From contig BEIL01000002.1 in assembly GCA_002898235.1 (NCBI GenBank), positions 1 through 49,263 on the forward strand: a stretch of DNA of 49,263 bases, in the 5' to 3' direction. The notes below the pieces were generated by a model that worked only from the letters and a program-made list of their open reading frames with translations, was not told the DNA's origin and did no database searches. How positions within the stretch are numbered: position 1 is the first letter of the stretch; each line of letters starts with the position of its first letter. Source of the DNA: a bacterium HR35. Lineage in GTDB: Bacteria; Patescibacteriota; Minisyncoccia; UBA6257; HR35. This document shows, one piece after another, positions 47,802 through 49,263 of the stretch. The position numbers and the translations under genes were made by a program.

Positions 47802-48809
47802 TTAAAGTTTTCTTCTTTTAATTTTTTCGTAAAGATAGAGAAAATAATATTTTGGTTTAAAAACAAAATCTAAAGTTGGTAAAAAATCTATTCTTTTTCC
47901 TCCAAAACCAATTTTAAAAAGACTTAAACCATACCAAGGATGACTGGGCTCTAATTTTTTTGCCAATCCCCAAAAATTATAATAACGACAATTTCTTTTT
48001 TTCGCCTCTTGCATTATTTCCCATTGGATTTTGTAGTTTAAGGGTTCTTTAATTGGTAAAGAGGCTGAATGATGATAAAAAGCTATTTGATGAGAAAAGA
48101 TAATTAAAGCTGCTGAATAATATTTATTTTCCACTTTACCTAAAAAAAGCAAAGCTTTATTTTTTTGAGAAAAAATTTTAAATTCTTCAAAAATAAAGCT
48201 TTTAGGATAAGGAATGAAATTTTTTCTTTGAGCAAGATCTTGATATAATTTCCAAAAAATTTCAATTTTAGTTAAATCAGTTGTTTTTTCAATTTCCAAA
48301 AATGGTTTTTTAAGAGAATCTAAAACCATTTTTCGATGACTATCCTTCATTTCTTTAAGCATTTCTTCATCGCTCTTTAATTCTTTAAGAAAAAAATTTT
48401 CGCTAACAGCATAAGTAGGTGCTAATTTAAATTTCAATTTTTTAAAAATTTTTAAATAATTTTCTTCATTAGCCAAACAGGAATTAATTCTTAAAAAATC
48501 ATATTTCTTGGAATACCCATTTTCTTTTAAAAATTTAATTAAAGCTTGAATTCCAACTTCCAAAAATTCTTCCTTAATTACTGGTCCGTGATGAATAACT
48601 AAACCGCTAGCTAATTTTCTTTTATAGCCAATAAGTTGACTTAAACCAACCAATTGATTTTTATAAAAGAAACCTAATCTTAAAACTGAACGACCTAAAT
48701 TTTTTTCCATTTCACCATACTCCCAATCTTGAAGAAAACTTAAATAATTATTCTCATCTAAAAATTCCTGCCAACCTTTTTCTTCTTCAAAAATTTTTAT
48801 TTCAACCAT
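47802..48809 (-). CDS. FemABX-family peptidoglycan bridge aminoacyltransferase
   Basis: SFLQDWEYG, HGPV, YYNFWG, GLSLFKIGFGG. Confidence 0.9.
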   Translation of the reverse strand: MVEIKIFEEEKGWQEFLDENNYLSFLQDWEYGEMEKNLGRSVLRLGFFYKNQLVGLSQLIGYKRKLASGLVIHHGPVIKEEFLEVGIQALIKFLKENGYSKKYDFLRINSCLANEENYLKIFKKLKFKLAPTYAVSENFFLKELKSDEEMLKEMKDSHRKMVLDSLKKPFLEIEKTTDLTKIEIFWKLYQDLAQRKNFIPYPKSFIFEEFKIFSQKNKALLFLGKVENKYYSAALIIFSHQIAFYHHSASLPIKEPLNYKIQWEIMQEAKKRNCRYYNFWGLAKKLEPSHPWYGLSLFKIGFGGKRIDFLPTLDFVFKPKYYFLYLYEKIKRRKL

Positions 48810-49261
48810 TTTTTAAGTTTTTCCAAAACAAGATAAGCTTCTTCTTCAGAAATTAGAGTTGGTAGATTAAAAACAGTTTGACTTATTTTTTCGGCTTGAG
48901 GACAACTTTTTTCTTGATAATCAAAAATTTTTAAATTATTACTACAAGGAGCCAAAACACATCTATACCAATCGCCTAAATAAATATTATCTTTTTTAAA
49001 ATCTTCTAAAATTTCTTTTCTCAATTGGGAAAAAACCGGAAACCTTAAAAAATTTGGTTCTCCTTGAAAGCTGAAATTTAAAAGATTGCTATTAATATAA
49101 ATTTGAGCTATTTTTTTTCTTTGATTATTGAATTTTTCTAATTTTTTAAGTTGATTTAAAAGCAAGGGAAAAAGTTTGTCAGGAAATTTTCTTAAATAAT
49201 TCTTAGGTTTAATTCCTTGTTTTTCTTCTGAAGTTACCATTTCTGGAGTTATTTCTAAAAA
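48797..49261 (-). CDS. DegT/DnrJ/EryC1/StrS aminotransferase, C-terminal part (truncated by window)
   Basis: NQLKKLEKFNNQRKKIA, FLRFP, SCPQAEKISQTVFNLP; frame stays open to the window edge. Confidence 0.85.
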   Translation of the reverse strand, partial: FLEITPEMVTSEEKQGIKPKNYLRKFPDKLFPLLLNQLKKLEKFNNQRKKIAQIYINSNLLNFSFQGEPNFLRFPVFSQLRKEILEDFKKDNIYLGDWYRCVLAPCSNNLKIFDYQEKSCPQAEKISQTVFNLPTLISEEEAYLVLEKLKKWLK

Positions 49262-49263
49262 TC

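Overview
Very AT-rich, densely packed chromosomal segment of a Patescibacteria/CPR-type (Parcubacteria-like) bacterium using genetic code 11 (TGA ends trpS and rplJ). It holds: (1) a PrgI/VirB4/pilin type-IV-secretion-like operon; (2) the yidC-rnpA-rpmH / dnaA-dnaN region; (3) competence and envelope genes (PilB/GspE, split comEC, dprA, class A PBP, FemABX, glmS-yvcK, amidase); (4) housekeeping genes (ftsK, polA, gltX, trpS, topA, rplJL, rpmG); (5) RNA genes missed by the ORF track: tmRNA, RNase P RNA, four CCA-less tRNAs, and a 23S-5S unit without 16S carrying a LAGLIDADG group I intron at E. coli-equivalent position 1923. Most striking: two pilin-like genes 42 kb apart in inverted orientation share a 314-bp 5' cassette (1 synonymous mismatch) but end in unrelated catalytic domains (M15-like Zn peptidase vs C39-like Cys peptidase), suggesting a modular or switchable 'armed pilin' system. 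Also notable are a four-segment attenuator-like leader with a uORF ahead of an orphan gene, an in-frame palindromic repeat inserted in topA, and two divergent genes sharing one CATG. All calls come from reading the sequence by eye; no searches were run.
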